Positions 47,461 to 57,398 of a stretch of DNA of 64,000 bases are shown in pieces; position 1 is the stretch's first letter, and every line of letters begins with the position of its first letter. The translations under genes and the position numbers were made by a program. Under the pieces are notes generated by a model that was not told where the DNA came from, ran no database searches, and saw only the letters and a list, made by a program, of their open reading frames with translations. This DNA is from a virus (lineage: Duplodnaviria > Caudoviricetes). The stretch lies in IMG/VR virus record IMGVR_UViG_3300044852_000015, positions 32,001-96,000 of that record; one strand, written 5' to 3'.

Positions 47461-47817
47461 TTAAGGATCTGGTGAACTACCCAGAGTCTGTTTCTCCCAG
47501 TTGATCATGGCAACATGTTCCCAGTTCTGCTCAGGAAAGAACTTGTCGCCTAACGACCCACATTGTGCGATACCCTCTACGGATAACGTCTCCCCACGGC
47601 CAGTTGCGTAGTCGATGCAATCCAACACCCACTGACGTCTGCGATCGTCATTCCGCAATTTCAGTTCGCTAGGTGAAGTGTCCTGAGCACGAGTCGCCTC
47701 TACTCGAGCCTCGTAAGCCGAACGTACGCCCACAATGCAAGCCACCACCAACACCATTAACATCAGCAACCCAAAGTGTTTACTGATGAAGTCACCGACT
47801 GCTCTTACTGGTCGCAT
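47461..47817 (-). CDS. Single-pass membrane protein
   Basis: N-terminal hydrophobic helix. Confidence 0.65.
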   Translation of the reverse strand: MRPVRAVGDFISKHFGLLMLMVLVVACIVGVRSAYEARVEATRAQDTSPSELKLRNDDRRRQWVLDCIDYATGRGETLSVEGIAQCGSLGDKFFPEQNWEHVAMINWEKQTLGSSPDP

Positions 47818-48851
47818 AGTTCTACATCCAACGAACGACGGTTAAGGATGGTGGTGATTGGAGTGTAGTCAGGATCGAAAGTTACTTCGACACTGATCGA
47901 CTCGTTCTCAACCAGCGGCACCTGTACCAACAACGCTTGGTAAACTTGTGGAACCTGATTCCACTCGAGGTCACCACTTGACACACCGAGTACGCACTGC
48001 ATCTCCCGAGAGAACGAAATGCAATAACCACATGGCTGCCATGCGATAGGCTTGAGGGTAATGACTCCGTCCACAAAGCGCACACCGTCTTCCTCTTGCA
48101 CCATGAGGAATTCGTGGAGACGCACTTCAATGTTTTCACGGTAGTCTTTGTCCGACAATTCCACACCACGGAACAGACCCGGTTTGTACTCACGGTCTTT
48201 CAAGTGAGTAGCGGTGGTGTAGTACTGATCCCAGAATGTCCCGTACTGGAAGTTCCAGTGTACCTGACAGTAGGGGGCGAGTTGTGCGTCTTGCTTCAAC
48301 ATCGGCAGTTGTTCCAGGGTGCTGCTGATAGCGAAGTTACGGAACAGCATGGACGGCACGCTGTACTCCAGACTCACGTTGCCGGTGTCGTTGGCTTGAC
48401 TGATGATCACTTGTCGCTTCAAGCACAGTAGTTTCAGATAACCACACGACACCGCGACCGTCGTGTACGGCATGTCGTGGTAGCCTTGGGAGTCATCACC
48501 AGCACGTCGTTTATTGACGTAGCGGACATACTCCGTGAACGCATGGTTCTGAACCCACAGGGGCTTCACGCAACTGTGGGAGATTGGTTCCACCTTCACC
48601 AAGTCCCAGTGATACGCAAGCCCAGCCCGTGGGTCGATTAGCCGTTTCATGCTAGCCACGGGACCACAGCCGATCAGCAAGGCTTCAAGGAAACGTCGGC
48701 GCTGGTCGGTGAAGAACATTCCAGCGTGAGTTCCGAGCATCCCCACCGACTGTGACACTTGAGGGACAGCCATGCACTGACTGGCCGACGCTTGGATACC
48801 AGAGAGCAGTTTGTTGACACTTTCTTCAAGAGCAGGATCGAACGGATTCAT
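47805..48851 (-). CDS. Hypothetical protein (348 aa)
   Basis: Long ORF in operon. Confidence 0.7.
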   Translation of the reverse strand: MNPFDPALEESVNKLLSGIQASASQCMAVPQVSQSVGMLGTHAGMFFTDQRRRFLEALLIGCGPVASMKRLIDPRAGLAYHWDLVKVEPISHSCVKPLWVQNHAFTEYVRYVNKRRAGDDSQGYHDMPYTTVAVSCGYLKLLCLKRQVIISQANDTGNVSLEYSVPSMLFRNFAISSTLEQLPMLKQDAQLAPYCQVHWNFQYGTFWDQYYTTATHLKDREYKPGLFRGVELSDKDYRENIEVRLHEFLMVQEEDGVRFVDGVITLKPIAWQPCGYCISFSREMQCVLGVSSGDLEWNQVPQVYQALLVQVPLVENESISVEVTFDPDYTPITTILNRRSLDVELCDQ

Positions 48852-49017
48852 GTACGAACATCCAGTAGTTGCCAGTGATTGTGATTAGGATCAAACACGG
48901 AATGCAGAACCAACCCCACTTAGGGTTAGCCCAGGTGTCAATAGACTTGAGCACACAGACGGCTAACCCGAGACAGCAGATGATGAACAGGGTCGCTGCT
49001 ATACGCTCCTCTAGCAT
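48826..49017 (-). CDS. Small membrane protein (2 TM)
   Basis: Hydrophobic; overlaps both neighbours. Confidence 0.55.
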   Translation of the reverse strand: MLEERIAATLFIICCLGLAVCVLKSIDTWANPKWGWFCIPCLILITITGNYWMFVHESVRSCS

Positions 49018-49691
49018 TCGACCACCGGCGAGTCACAGGTGTAGCAGTGTTCGCCGAGGTTCACGTTACCTTTGAGGTCACCCGCCACACAGGAAGGTTC
49101 AGGACGTGGTTCACCACCGAGGCAGTCAGACATGAACTGAGTTGCCTCAGCTATAGTAGACGTACCGCGAGGACCGATGTCAGACATAGCGTCTCGTTGT
49201 GGGGACTGAACCACGGTGATCAAGTCTTGACGATAACGCGTGTCGTAGTCAGCCTCACCCGGTAGCACGTTCGCCATGTCTGGGTAGCAGACCTGAGCAA
49301 CTTGTAGTCCCTTGCCAGCGCGTTGCTTCAGTTCCACGCAGTACTTGGTGACCGCTTCTTCACCGTGAAGCAAACGAACCAGAGAGCGCATCTCCTTACC
49401 GGGTTCAGTCGACTTCACGATGTCAGTACGCACTTCGTAAGAGGCTACCTTTTCACGCAGCCAAGCATTGGCCTGGTTCTTGAGGATCGCACCCATGACG
49501 CTGTTGGGGATTGGTCCGCAGATAAACAACTCTGGGAGTCCCTTGTGCGACAGACCGACGGTGTACGAGTAGTTCACCGGGTTAGCACCAAACACCGGTG
49601 GCGGGTTGACCGACAGGATGGCGAAACCATTATTGGCGATCGAACGCTTGATGTGACGTTTGAGTTGTTTGCGGTTGTCAGCAGTTTTCAT
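49011..49691 (-). CDS. DUF4262 family protein
   Basis: YSYTVGL..GLPEL...G and Q..YPD....P signature. Confidence 0.75.
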   Translation of the reverse strand: MKTADNRKQLKRHIKRSIANNGFAILSVNPPPVFGANPVNYSYTVGLSHKGLPELFICGPIPNSVMGAILKNQANAWLREKVASYEVRTDIVKSTEPGKEMRSLVRLLHGEEAVTKYCVELKQRAGKGLQVAQVCYPDMANVLPGEADYDTRYRQDLITVVQSPQRDAMSDIGPRGTSTIAEATQFMSDCLGGEPRPEPSCVAGDLKGNVNLGEHCYTCDSPVVEC

Positions 49692-49719
49692 TTTAAGCTC
49701 CTCAGCTTACTCAGATTGT

Positions 49720-50199
49720 TTACAATCTGTATTCAATTGGACCAGTGCCTTTTGGCAGCGGCTTCATGCGAGTGCGACGACGCGGCTTCTTCACGGCCTC
49801 GGGGACGTACTTGAACAGCGCGGGTGCAGTGAAGTCAGGTTGTCCGTGACGCACTTGTACCAGTATCGCCAACATCGGGACTTGTGGTGGGTTAGACCAG
49901 TCCATCTCGATGGTGTTCCAGTCGCTCCAACGGATACAGGACATCAGTCGACCTTGCGCCCACTTTTCGATACCTTGGGACTTGATCGACCGTTTGATCG
50001 AGGCCGCAGTACTGTGGAGCGGACCGTCTTCGTTGTGTGTGCCGTAGAAGTAGTAGTTGTCCAGATCCGTACCCACAGCAATCTCGTAGTAGGTCAGGTT
50101 GGAGGCGATGGGTTTGGTTACGAGGAAACAACGAGTACCCGCAAAAGCCGCAGAACGGTTAGTGGAGTACTCTTTCAGTTGCCGAACAATCAAACTCAT
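49720..50199 (-). CDS. Hypothetical protein
   Basis: ATGA overlap, start MSLIV. Confidence 0.65.
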   Translation of the reverse strand: MSLIVRQLKEYSTNRSAAFAGTRCFLVTKPIASNLTYYEIAVGTDLDNYYFYGTHNEDGPLHSTAASIKRSIKSQGIEKWAQGRLMSCIRWSDWNTIEMDWSNPPQVPMLAILVQVRHGQPDFTAPALFKYVPEAVKKPRRRTRMKPLPKGTGPIEYRL

Positions 50200-50606
50200 A
50201 CCGCACCTTCCTTCTTCGTGTAGTGGTTGAGGATCACACGGCACTCGCCTTCGGTTGGTGGGCGTGGTGGAGTAGTCTCGAACATCAACCACATGGCCTC
50301 CGTCCGTCCACGAGACTTATACCAACCCACCCACAGACAGACAGGTTGTGAATTCATGCGACCTTTCTCGTCTTCACGTGGCAGCACGTCCATGTCGAGA
50401 AGGCTCACGGTCGCGAAGTGCTGGTTCTCTTCGCACTGATGGTTGATGCGGGAGTTGTCCTGCGTCTCAGCCAGATCCCGGATCTCGTTGCAGGTAGCAC
50501 AGTTCCAGTTCTCGCCGTTGAAAGGTCCTTTCAAGAATCCACACGTAGGGTCTTGACCTTGCCAAGTTTTACCACGGGCTTTACAGGCTTCACATTCAGT
50601 AGTCAT
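50196..50606 (-). CDS. Cys-rich hypothetical protein
   Basis: CEAC..CG..WNCATC; WYKSRGRT. Confidence 0.65.
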   Translation of the reverse strand: MTTECEACKARGKTWQGQDPTCGFLKGPFNGENWNCATCNEIRDLAETQDNSRINHQCEENQHFATVSLLDMDVLPREDEKGRMNSQPVCLWVGWYKSRGRTEAMWLMFETTPPRPPTEGECRVILNHYTKKEGAV

Positions 50607-51205
50607 TACGCAGCTCTCTTGAGTTCGTTCCCATACTGGTCGAGGAATTTAGTGGCACGTGCCATTCCTTCGTCCGTGTAGAGATTAATCCGATTCTTAA
50701 TGCCGAACTTAATCGACGTTTGTAGGGCTTGGTTAGTACCACCACTGACCTTCTCATCTTTACCCACCGGACGAGCCCAATACAACAACGAGCTAATCGG
50801 ATCGGTGAGACAGTGGCCCATCACTTGGTAGATGTTGCGGGAATGCATTGCCCGAGCACCACGCTTACAGTGGTCCCAAGCTGGGTGGATCTCTGATGCT
50901 AAGGAGTTAGCCGTTTCCCACGTCGGGAACTTACTGGCGTCGTAGAAGTAGTTCTTCGGATCATGATGACGACCACGGACGCCATCCCAAGCCAAATAAA
51001 TACGGGCTCCCAAGACGTGATAATGAGGAGACACTATCGCCCCCTCATAGAACGCTGTGTCAGCCCCCTCAGCGTCGCCTGAGGACAACGCGTAACCTTG
51101 GGCATACAAAGCCACGCTAATACGCCGCATAAGCGCCAAGATCTCCTCAGGCGTTTCTCGACTACCTACCCCAGCGAACCAACCTTTGAATGGAATCGGT
51201 AACAT
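50606..51205 (-). CDS. DprA/SLOG-like Rossmann-fold nucleotide-binding protein
   Basis: FAGVGSRETP, SGDAEGADTAF, HPAW, RN..Q, GGT. Confidence 0.8.
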   Translation of the reverse strand: MLPIPFKGWFAGVGSRETPEEILALMRRISVALYAQGYALSSGDAEGADTAFYEGAIVSPHYHVLGARIYLAWDGVRGRHHDPKNYFYDASKFPTWETANSLASEIHPAWDHCKRGARAMHSRNIYQVMGHCLTDPISSLLYWARPVGKDEKVSGGTNQALQTSIKFGIKNRINLYTDEGMARATKFLDQYGNELKRAA

Positions 51206-51217
51206 GGGTCAGGTACC

Positions 51218-51550
51218 TCATCCGTTAAAAGACAGGTACCACTCATCCGCAGACAGATCCGGCAAAGGACCTCGCACCTTAAAGGAAGTGACCTTCATTT
51301 GGTCGCCGTTCAAGTCGCGGGTGTAAACCATATGGCCAACCAGTTCAGTGGCACTACGTTCCACACGACCAAAACCCACACCCACCCGAGTGTGTTCAGC
51401 CAAGTTGAAGTCCGGGTGGGTCTGGAGGTGGTTGACCAGTAACGCGAAGGTGTCAAAACCAACACGTTCTACGTTACTGACTACTGGGACCTCTACCCCT
51501 TGCTGGTCTAGATAGACGAGTTCAAAGGGGGCAAGTTGGCTAGGGAGCAT
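51218..51550 (-). CDS. Hypothetical protein
   Basis: ORF in operon. Confidence 0.6.
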   Translation of the reverse strand: MLPSQLAPFELVYLDQQGVEVPVVSNVERVGFDTFALLVNHLQTHPDFNLAEHTRVGVGFGRVERSATELVGHMVYTRDLNGDQMKVTSFKVRGPLPDLSADEWYLSFNG

Positions 51551-51942
51551 ATCGGTTCCTCATCCCCGTCCAAGTCAAGTTGAACGAAGAGGTTGTTGTT
51601 GATGATTTGGAAGTGGTTCATCGTGTAGACATACCACTCTGCCTTCTTGAGAATTGGCGCTAGGTACGGGTACATAGCGTTATAGAGTAGCCAGATAAAT
51701 TCGTAGAACTCCGGAGACTTCAAGTCTTCGAGGTAATTACAATCTTCTTCCTCATCTTCATTCTCGATCAACATATCCAAATACATGTGGAACAGGTGCC
51801 CAACAACATCTCGCTCTTTGTAATCCTTGTCCTGTAACATGAAAGTGGCGACAAAGTCTACGCAGTAGTACATGTGTTTCTCGACCCGCCCAGACGCATT
51901 GCGATAAATGTGCCCGAGCGGTATCAACAGTTTCTGTTCCAC
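51508..51942 (-). CDS. Hypothetical protein
   Basis: GGAGG RBS, GTG start. Confidence 0.65.
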   Translation of the reverse strand: MEQKLLIPLGHIYRNASGRVEKHMYYCVDFVATFMLQDKDYKERDVVGHLFHMYLDMLIENEDEEEDCNYLEDLKSPEFYEFIWLLYNAMYPYLAPILKKAEWYVYTMNHFQIINNNLFVQLDLDGDEEPICSLANLPPLNSSI

Positions 51943-51950
51943 GAGACCTC

Positions 51951-52181
51951 CTAGTACGGGTAGACTTTAAGGGTCCACAGTAGGATGGACAACATCTGTC
52001 CGAGGAAAAGAAAACACAGGCCTTGGTAGATCATCCATTCCTCGACACGACCTTCCCACGAGATCCGCAGGGCATGAATCCAATCTTTAGGGTGGAGCCC
52101 TAACCAGCGGACACAGATATACAGCAGACCTAGCAACCAGCAAAGTACGCCCAATACCAGACCAACTACAAATACGTTCAT
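51951..52181 (-). CDS. Small membrane protein
   Basis: Two hydrophobic segments. Confidence 0.6.
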   Translation of the reverse strand: MNVFVVGLVLGVLCWLLGLLYICVRWLGLHPKDWIHALRISWEGRVEEWMIYQGLCFLFLGQMLSILLWTLKVYPY

Positions 52182-52239
52182 TATCTTGCTTCCTTAAGCC
52201 AGAGGGTATAAAAGGCTCTCCCGAAGGAGAGCCTCAGTT

Positions 52240-52704
52240 TCAACCGTACACGCCTTGCACAGCCATCCACGTCGTAAGCAGTACACTCATCACCAAGATG
52301 ATGAAAGAGATCTTTTGATCGGCCTTGCGGTGTACGTTACCTTTCGTCTTGGTGAGTTTCCAGACGTCGTCCCACTTACTGACATTCATACCAGCTACAC
52401 TGATCGCCCATAGACCACGGTAGAGCACAAACGTGCCGAAGTACATCACCACACCCCACGCCACAGCGAGCTTGGTAACCCCATTGTGACCGAAGCCCCA
52501 GTTAGCCAGACTAGCCACCACACAGAGAGTGGTGACGGCACCGACCATGTACCAGAAAGGAGTTTCTTTGGCCACCATAGTGAAGACCAACGTGGGGACA
52601 TAATCCTTGAAGCGGAGTCCACACACTTTGATGATCACGATCAGTGCGAGTACCAGTGAGATACCGATCCCGGCCACCAAGCCGTTTAAGATTGCTTCAG
52701 ACAT
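52240..52704 (-). CDS. Multi-pass membrane protein
   Basis: About four hydrophobic segments. Confidence 0.7.
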   Translation of the reverse strand: MSEAILNGLVAGIGISLVLALIVIIKVCGLRFKDYVPTLVFTMVAKETPFWYMVGAVTTLCVVASLANWGFGHNGVTKLAVAWGVVMYFGTFVLYRGLWAISVAGMNVSKWDDVWKLTKTKGNVHRKADQKISFIILVMSVLLTTWMAVQGVYG

Positions 52705-52969
52705 GGTTTCTTCCCAGAACGTAAAAGATCATTGCGATAAATGCTGCAATCAAAGCTGCGTTAACCACCATGTGCCAGAAATCATTCCGGGTCTTGGGGT
52801 CAAGGATGGCTACATGGTACGTAGCCTCAGGCCACTGCCAGAGTTTCCACCGACAGTTGATCCACCCGATGTGGATAAACAACAGGGCCAACAAAATTGA
52901 CCATGCTGAGAAAAACGGTTTCAACAATTCCCAATGCATCACACTACTCCCACAATTAACGGTTACCAA
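52697..52969 (-). CDS. Small membrane protein
   Basis: Two hydrophobic segments; start uncertain. Confidence 0.6.
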   Translation of the reverse strand: MVTVNCGSSVMHWELLKPFFSAWSILLALLFIHIGWINCRWKLWQWPEATYHVAILDPKTRNDFWHMVVNAALIAAFIAMIFYVLGRNHV

Positions 52970-53837
52970 TATTGTCGCCGGGTTCTTCGTGTTCGTCTTC
53001 GAACGCTACTTCGTCGTACTCTAAGTCGACTTCTTGTGTGGTATTACGGTCCAGCATTGCTGCGATGTGTAAGTGACGGTACAGTCGTGGTAAGAATCGC
53101 GCATGACGGTAGATGATCTGTCCATCAATGTAGCGACGGAAGTTCCACGTAAACAGATAAAGCGCTAACCGCCGTACCGACTTGAGTCCTGGTTCAGAGA
53201 AGTCAAACTCGTCCATTAGCCTCATGCGATTAATCTTACGCCAGAACTCTTCAAAGCTGTAGTGGAATTGAATCCACTCCATCTTACCCTGAGGATAGGC
53301 GTCCACAGAGATCTGGAGATACTCGTCGGTGTGTACCTTGAGTAGGTCTTCGATGAGGTGTAGGTACTGGGTCTTCTGTTCAAAGAAATACAGCATCCCA
53401 AACTGAGCACCCATCAAACCGTAGTTACCTTGGCCAGTTCCGGCTAACGGATTGTTCTTCAGGCGTTCCTTCTCCCACGCTTGGTCTTCCATCAGCTTTT
53501 GATGTATACGCTGCTGCTGAGCTTTCGTCTTAAAGTACGTCTCATCTTTAAGCGACTTAAGGAACCCATTGTAGGTAGGGTGTTCCATACGCAGAGCCAC
53601 TAGGATTTCTGCAATGTTGCGAGGTACCTTCAGATCGTAGACCAGATGACCGATTACCCGTTGAGTGAACGTGATGGAGACATAAGGCTTGTCGTCCAAC
53701 TGCTCCAGACCCAACTCCACTGCGATGAAGTCCACCTCGTCAGGCAACGCTGGGGTTAGCTTAGCTCGTTGTTCCGGCGTCAACGCTACCCCACGGCGAC
53801 CGTAGCAGTAGATTCTTTTTGGCTTCTTCTCTGTCAT
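52956..53837 (-). CDS. Hypothetical protein
   Basis: 293 aa, GAGG RBS. Confidence 0.7.
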   Translation of the reverse strand: MTEKKPKRIYCYGRRGVALTPEQRAKLTPALPDEVDFIAVELGLEQLDDKPYVSITFTQRVIGHLVYDLKVPRNIAEILVALRMEHPTYNGFLKSLKDETYFKTKAQQQRIHQKLMEDQAWEKERLKNNPLAGTGQGNYGLMGAQFGMLYFFEQKTQYLHLIEDLLKVHTDEYLQISVDAYPQGKMEWIQFHYSFEEFWRKINRMRLMDEFDFSEPGLKSVRRLALYLFTWNFRRYIDGQIIYRHARFLPRLYRHLHIAAMLDRNTTQEVDLEYDEVAFEDEHEEPGDNIGNR

Positions 53838-53898
53838 CAGAGCACCTCTTGTTTAGTAATGAGCGATGTAGGACGGGACTCCGAGGAGTCCCTATGTA

Positions 53899-54147
53899 TC
53901 AGAAGCCACGATATGGTCGGGCTACTTCGTGTTGCGTTGGTTCTGGACCCCAGTCTTCACGAGGACGGTCTGGGATACCCATTCGGATACGATGGTTACG
54001 TTGCCGATCCATCACACCGATCTGGTGTCCTTCTTTGTACGACTTCTTGAGTGTCCGATCACCCGACCACTTAGAAGGTTTGCTAGCTCGAGCGTCAGAG
54101 TACCCTTTCGAGAACGCAGCAGCTCGACGTTGTGTCGTCTTTGACAT
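53899..54147 (-). CDS. Small basic protein, weakly Rmf-like
   Basis: AF.KGY.D....Y.EG...G pattern. Confidence 0.5.
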   Translation of the reverse strand: MSKTTQRRAAAFSKGYSDARASKPSKWSGDRTLKKSYKEGHQIGVMDRQRNHRIRMGIPDRPREDWGPEPTQHEVARPYRGF

Positions 54148-54149
54148 TA

Positions 54150-54866
54150 TTACATCCTTGGAATTACGACCCCGACTTGGGATTGGTATTTACCGCCACG
54201 GTCTTTGTAAGAGGTTTCACACTCTTCGTCAGACTCAAGGAACAACATCTGCGCTACGCCTTCGTTCGCGTAGATCTTCGCAGGTAGGTTCGTGGTGTTC
54301 GAGAACTCCAGTGTGACGTGTCCTTCCCACTCAGGTTCCAGCGGGGTTACGTTCACGATGATGCCACAACGGGCGTACGTGGACTTACCCAGACAGATGG
54401 TCAACACGTTGCGTGGGATACGGAAGTACTCCACGGTACGAGCCAACACAAACGAGTTAGGCGGAATGATGCACACGTCGCCTTCGAAGTCAACGAAACA
54501 GTCTGGATCGAAGTCCTTGGGGTCAATCTGGGACGAGTTGATGTTGGTGAAGATCTTGAACTCGTTCGCGCAACGCACGTCGTAACCGTACGAGGACGTA
54601 CCGTAGGAGATGATCTTCTGACCGTCACGTTCCCGCACTTGACCGGGTTCAAACGGTTCGATCATCGGTTTGAAACCTTTCACCAGAGGGTGATAAGGTT
54701 TCAGTTTACCCGCCCAGAAACGGTTCTCCAGATCCTGGAGTTGATCAGCCGTGTGGGTGTTACCTTCCCACGCCAGACTGGCGATGTCGCTGCTACCAGA
54801 ACGGGCAGCGATGGAATGGGTTGGAGGCATGGATTTACGGCGAATCCACTTGTCTGGCTTGATCAT
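54150..54866 (-). CDS. dcd: dCTP deaminase
   Basis: [44 protein letters not shown]. Confidence 0.95.
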   Translation of the reverse strand: MIKPDKWIRRKSMPPTHSIAARSGSSDIASLAWEGNTHTADQLQDLENRFWAGKLKPYHPLVKGFKPMIEPFEPGQVRERDGQKIISYGTSSYGYDVRCANEFKIFTNINSSQIDPKDFDPDCFVDFEGDVCIIPPNSFVLARTVEYFRIPRNVLTICLGKSTYARCGIIVNVTPLEPEWEGHVTLEFSNTTNLPAKIYANEGVAQMLFLESDEECETSYKDRGGKYQSQVGVVIPRM

Positions 54867-55291
54867 TGTTGATCCTTGCTAACGGTTGGCACAGGAGGCA
54901 CTTCGCCCCACAGTTGAGTTGTCCACTTCTCATTCTCGGTAACGACAATGTAGGTCAGTGGAAGGAAACGTTTGGCGTCGTAGTTCAGCGTACCACCCAA
55001 GAAGGTCAGGGAGACCTCGGGGTGGTAGTAAGCAAAGCCCAGATTGAAAGAATCGGGACGCAGGCCCAGTCGAGCATGGATCTCCTCCGCACGGGCTTCC
55101 ATCTGGAAGGACGATTCGCTATCCGACAGGAACTTACCCCGGCACTTGGGATGTGCATCGAGATAGACCAGCAGGTCTTCCAGCGTTCCTTTATACAGCG
55201 ACAGCGTCTTGGCCTTCTCAGGCATTGGTTGGTTTTGATCGAATAGCATTACTCTGCCCTCAGAGATACAGATTGCGGTACGTGGTGTCAT
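54863..55291 (-). CDS. Hypothetical protein
   Basis: ATGA-coupled to dcd; start uncertain. Confidence 0.6.
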   Translation of the reverse strand: MTPRTAICISEGRVMLFDQNQPMPEKAKTLSLYKGTLEDLLVYLDAHPKCRGKFLSDSESSFQMEARAEEIHARLGLRPDSFNLGFAYYHPEVSLTFLGGTLNYDAKRFLPLTYIVVTENEKWTTQLWGEVPPVPTVSKDQQ

Positions 55292-55550
55292 CCAGTACCA
55301 AGAAATGTTCAGGTGTTACTTCCACCACCCAGTCACCGGGATTCACCAACAACTTACCTTGGCGAGTGGTGATCACACCCATGACCGACCACTGGTACAT
55401 GCGTTCGTCACGAGAGCAACCAGAAGTACCAATCAGCTTATGGACTTCCATGTAGCTGGTGCCGGTGACTTTAGGGTGATCTAGGCACTCGTAGCCATTA
55501 ATAGCTTCGGTGTTCCAACGGGTAGCTTTTTGTATCGCCAACAGAGCCAT
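55260..55550 (-). CDS. Phage protein with PGDW motif (PGDYG-like)
   Basis: TTRQG....NPGDWVV....F......Y..Y. Confidence 0.6.
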   Translation of the reverse strand: MALLAIQKATRWNTEAINGYECLDHPKVTGTSYMEVHKLIGTSGCSRDERMYQWSVMGVITTRQGKLLVNPGDWVVEVTPEHFLVLDDTTYRNLYL

Positions 55551-55554
55551 TACT

Positions 55555-55932
55555 TCACCTTCTTAGGTAGGACGACGGGATTGCTTCAGCTTCGAACAGA
55601 TTAGCGATAGCGAGGGTATCAGAGAACACGACTACCCGCTTGTGGTTACACGAACGGATATATGTATTGACTTCTGCCAACACTTTAGACAACTCCAGAC
55701 CTCGCATCAGTTGTATTGTGGACACACTAACAAGGTGTGCGTTGATTACAGCCTGAAACGATTCAACGTTGTGATCAAGGTTGTACAGTGCAGCAAAGGT
55801 AGTCTCAGGGAAATCGTCATGACGGTGGTGTTGGGTCACAAACAGTACGTTACAGTCGTACTGCTTTAAGGCATAGCCAAATGCCTCAGTTAAAGTACCT
55901 TTGTACATCTTGGTGCCGTCTGCCAACTTCAT
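55555..55932 (-). CDS. Hypothetical protein
   Basis: Likely start MKLAD after a terminator. Confidence 0.6.
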   Translation of the reverse strand: MKLADGTKMYKGTLTEAFGYALKQYDCNVLFVTQHHRHDDFPETTFAALYNLDHNVESFQAVINAHLVSVSTIQLMRGLELSKVLAEVNTYIRSCNHKRVVVFSDTLAIANLFEAEAIPSSYLRR

Positions 55933-55996
55933 AAATGGGTCACCTAGATAAAATAAAATGGGGGCATAAAAGCAGGGGACCAAAGTCCCCCACTAT

Positions 55997-56254
55997 TTAT
56001 ACGTCGTGATACTCGGGGCGTAAGGCCACCCAAGCACCATTACTCCGTGCACAGTGCAACTGTTGCTGAACCACTAGACACTGGTAGTGAGTGCCAGCGA
56101 ACAGTACACCAGTCGCAGTGTGTGGACGGACCTGCCAACGCTTCCAGAACCAGCGGCCCGTACGTTCAACCACGTACTGGATGTGGTGCTGAGCCGCGAG
56201 GTACCCAGGACTTTCCAGCACTGTTGGGTGATCAGTCGCATCCGGAGGTTTCAT
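55997..56254 (-). CDS. Hypothetical protein
   Basis: TGATG coupling; last gene of operon. Confidence 0.6.
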   Translation of the reverse strand: MKPPDATDHPTVLESPGYLAAQHHIQYVVERTGRWFWKRWQVRPHTATGVLFAGTHYQCLVVQQQLHCARSNGAWVALRPEYHDV

Positions 56255-56517
56255 CAATAAGCCGCCATGGTTGAGTGAGAGGTATCGCAGATGGTGACCT
56301 TGACGTGCTTCTGACTGATCAACTGGTAGACTTTACAGTCACCAATGGTCGCAATCAGTTCGTGGTTGGTTGTCAGCGCTTGAGGGTTCGCCAAGTTGGC
56401 CGCACGGATCTCGTCACGCTCAGCCCTAGCCAACATCGCCAGACTGACAACCACCATTCCAACCATCAAGGCGTACAGTCCCCACCATGTACGGAAGTGC
56501 TTCTGCACCCAATTCAC
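56254..56517 (-). CDS. Small membrane-anchored protein
   Basis: N-terminal TM; GTGA overlap. Confidence 0.6.
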   Translation of the reverse strand: MNWVQKHFRTWWGLYALMVGMVVVSLAMLARAERDEIRAANLANPQALTTNHELIATIGDCKVYQLISQKHVKVTICDTSHSTMAAY

Positions 56518-57398
56518 TGACGCACAGCCTTGACATTGGCCGTGATAGCCTTGGTGATAGCGCGCTTGACGTCACGAGCTTCCTTGGGGTCCATGTTGGC
56601 GTGGTAGGCGTTGTTGTACACCACTTGGGCCGCCATGGCGTAGGTGTCGATCGAGAACATTTTGTTGTCGGTAGGGATGCCCGAGTCACCTTTGCTGGTC
56701 AGAGCGAACGGAGTGTAAAGAGGGTTCTCGTTACGATCCTTGGCTTTAGCGAAAGAGGACTCACCGATCTCACCGATCCACAGGCTGTCTTTGTAGTCGT
56801 CAGTGATGTCGCTGCTGATCAGACCCGAACGACCCACGTACAGAATGCCGCCAACTTCCACACGCACGCCGGACTTCATAGTGAAGCCCTGCGATGCCGC
56901 TTCTGCCGCTTCCAGCCAGCTATCGAATTCGACAGTTTTGATGTTGGCGTAATCCGGGTCAACCGCTGCAAAGTTCTTGACGGTCACTTCGGCACCAGAA
57001 CCAGAAACATAACCCACAGCGCGGGTCAGGTTTTCTGCATCGACCATACTGGAGAACTTCTTCACGCCAGTCTTACCGTGAAGCCAGAAGATGACCTCGG
57101 TGTGAGCGTTGGTCACAGTGATGTCGCGAGGCAGACCGAGGCTGGACACAGCATCAGCTTGCATGATCGCCATGACACAATCGCCTTCTTTGAGCAGGTG
57201 TGCGTTTTCCACCGAACCGCCGGTGTTCAAGACTTCAAGCTTGGCGCCAATCTTCTTGGCAATGTCCTTACCGATACCGGTACCCAACGACTCGTAGGCG
57301 CCAGTAGGACCACCAGTACAGAAGGTCAGGTCAGCAGGGGCGGCCAGTGCAACAGTGGATGCCAAAGCGAGGGCCAGGCCAATGAACAACTTTTTCAT
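56514..57398 (-). CDS. TAXI-family TRAP solute-binding-like periplasmic protein
   Basis: Signal peptide MKK...ALA; TGGPTGAY, TGGSVEN..LL, AIMQAD, GSGA. Confidence 0.8.
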   Translation of the reverse strand: MKKLFIGLALALASTVALAAPADLTFCTGGPTGAYESLGTGIGKDIAKKIGAKLEVLNTGGSVENAHLLKEGDCVMAIMQADAVSSLGLPRDITVTNAHTEVIFWLHGKTGVKKFSSMVDAENLTRAVGYVSGSGAEVTVKNFAAVDPDYANIKTVEFDSWLEAAEAASQGFTMKSGVRVEVGGILYVGRSGLISSDITDDYKDSLWIGEIGESSFAKAKDRNENPLYTPFALTSKGDSGIPTDNKMFSIDTYAMAAQVVYNNAYHANMDPKEARDVKRAITKAITANVKAVRQ

